From assembly GCA_016182185.1 (NCBI GenBank), contig JACOXU010000003.1, positions 1-55,973 of the forward strand: a DNA stretch of 55,973 bases. Reading direction: 5' to 3'. Shown here piece after piece: positions 54,774 through 55,973 of the stretch (its first letter is position 1; each line of letters begins with the position of its first letter). The position numbers were made by a program, and so were the translations under genes. Below the pieces are notes generated by a model that was not told the origin of the DNA, did no database searches, and saw only the letters and a program-made list of their open reading frames with translations. The stretch is from Candidatus Levyibacteriota bacterium. Lineage in GTDB: Bacteria > Patescibacteriota > Microgenomatia > Levybacterales > UBA12049.

Positions 54774-55922
54774 CTAGCTATTGGGAGCTGTTTGAAGAGT
54801 AACTTTAAACTCTAAGGTTTTGCCATCACGCCAAATAGTTATTGACATAGTATCTCCGACTTTTTTCTCAGAAATTATTTTGGCAAGTTCATTACCGCCT
54901 GCTTGAACTTTCTTCCCGTCTATCTTTGTAATAATATCTCCTGATTTTATTTCTGCCTTATCGGCTGAGGAATCGGTAACTACATTTTGGACCAAAGCAC
55001 CCTCAGGGACTTCATTCAGAAGCGCCAAATCGCGGCTTATCATCTTGTATTCCACTCCTAAGAACGGACGGTTAAATTGCCCTGTTTCATTAAAATTTTT
55101 AATAGAATCTTTGATTACATTTATGGGAAGTGCAAAGCCGATATTCTGGCCGCCTGAGGCAACCGCAGTATTGACACCAATAACTTGAGCCGATGAGTTA
55201 AGAAGCGGACCGCCTGAATTGCCCGGATTTATTGCGGCAGACGTCTGAATTACATTATCAAGTCTTTCCACGTATCCCGCAAATTCATCCCCTGCTGTGA
55301 TACCTCGCCCAAGACCTGAGATGACACCTGTAGTTACCGTATTTTTAAACTCACCCAGCGCAGTTCCAATTGCAATCACAAATTGACCGACTTGAAGACG
55401 GGACGAGTCCCCTATTTCAACAGTTTTAAGTGTATTTCCCGGATTTTCAGACGGTTCAATTTTGATAAGCGCTACATCATTTAGGGGGTCTCTATAGATT
55501 TTCTGAACTTGGTATTTTTTGTCATTACTTGTAATTATCTGGTATTTTACCTCTCTGTCTGAAACAACATGCTTGTTGGTAACGATTAGCCCATCCTTTG
55601 TAACAATAAAGCCTGAGCCAATATTTACCGACTGCTGTTCTTCCCCTCCCGGAACTCCAAAAATTGAAAAGGGTCCGAATTCAAATTGCCTGAGGCTTTG
55701 AACTGTTCTTTCTTCAACGATTGTGACAACTGAAGGGCCAACTTTTTTGACCGCATCTATTACAACTGACTCTTCAGTAACAATTTTTACTTTTTCATTT
55801 GTAAACTGGGGTGTCGTTACTCCCGGAAGAAAATTAGAAATTTGCGGCAGATAATTTGAAAAAGCACTTATAACAGCAAGCATTATTATAAGAATAGCGA
55901 CGAGGACAATTAACCTTCTCAT
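54774..55922 (-). CDS. htrA: HtrA/DegP-family serine protease with PDZ domain
   Basis: 382 aa. N-terminal anchor, catalytic contexts TNKHVV, DVALIK and GNSGGPLLN, plus a C-terminal PDZ. Confidence 0.9.
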   Translation of the reverse strand: MRRLIVLVAILIIMLAVISAFSNYLPQISNFLPGVTTPQFTNEKVKIVTEESVVIDAVKKVGPSVVTIVEERTVQSLRQFEFGPFSIFGVPGGEEQQSVNIGSGFIVTKDGLIVTNKHVVSDREVKYQIITSNDKKYQVQKIYRDPLNDVALIKIEPSENPGNTLKTVEIGDSSRLQVGQFVIAIGTALGEFKNTVTTGVISGLGRGITAGDEFAGYVERLDNVIQTSAAINPGNSGGPLLNSSAQVIGVNTAVASGGQNIGFALPINVIKDSIKNFNETGQFNRPFLGVEYKMISRDLALLNEVPEGALVQNVVTDSSADKAEIKSGDIITKIDGKKVQAGGNELAKIISEKKVGDTMSITIWRDGKTLEFKVTLQTAPNS

Positions 55923-55973
55923 ATAAATAAATCACAAATCCAAAATTACAAATACTAAATAATATTTAAGCTA
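55923..55973. repeat. partial copy of the CAAATC/AATTACAAAT-word repeat (copy F, cut by window edge)
   Basis: cacaaatccaaaattacaaatactaaataatatttaagc. Shares aaattacaaata and aataatatttaa with 41060..41090. Confidence 0.4.

Overview
This is an AT-rich, gene-dense bacterial chromosome segment using the standard genetic code (TGA acts as a stop). The content suggests a streamlined Patescibacteria/CPR-like (Microgenomates-style) genome, which is inference only. That content is a type IV pilus operon (pilB-pilT-pilC-pilin), a minimal housekeeping set, cell-wall genes and many exported or membrane orphan proteins. Housekeeping genes are gyrB, gyrA, dnaB, holB-like, ppa, folD, efp, hisS, prfA, rpmE, yebC, rluD-like, pepP-like, htrA and one tRNA-Leu(CAA). 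Cell-wall genes are murF-like, murB, a FemAB-family gene and a DegT-family gene. No CRISPR array, rRNA, transposase or reverse transcriptase was seen.

The most notable non-standard signals are:
1. A family of short palindromic intergenic repeats built from CTAAT/ATTAG words. One copy carries a four-helix-bundle (23S-IVS/Avd-like) ORF, and two colinear copies are ORF-less.
2. A second palindromic repeat family (CAAATCCC/GGAATTTG words). One full copy is translated in frame inside the rluD-like gene.
3. A 795-bp ORF-free, hairpin-rich gap in an otherwise compact region.
4. A same-strand cluster of exported proteins: three degenerate LytM-like paralogues, an HEFGH zincin, an orphan and a 1602-aa Cys-rich/SdrD-B-like surface protein.
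5. Two tyrosine-recombinase-like genes. One is intact and lies next to a PLD/HKD gene remnant and a periodic TGCGACA motif array. The other lacks the catalytic Tyr.
6. Recurrent near-consensus TTGACA-N17-TAnnnT promoters ending 6-11 nt before start codons, which implies leaderless mRNAs.

All family assignments come from motif reading by eye, not from searches.
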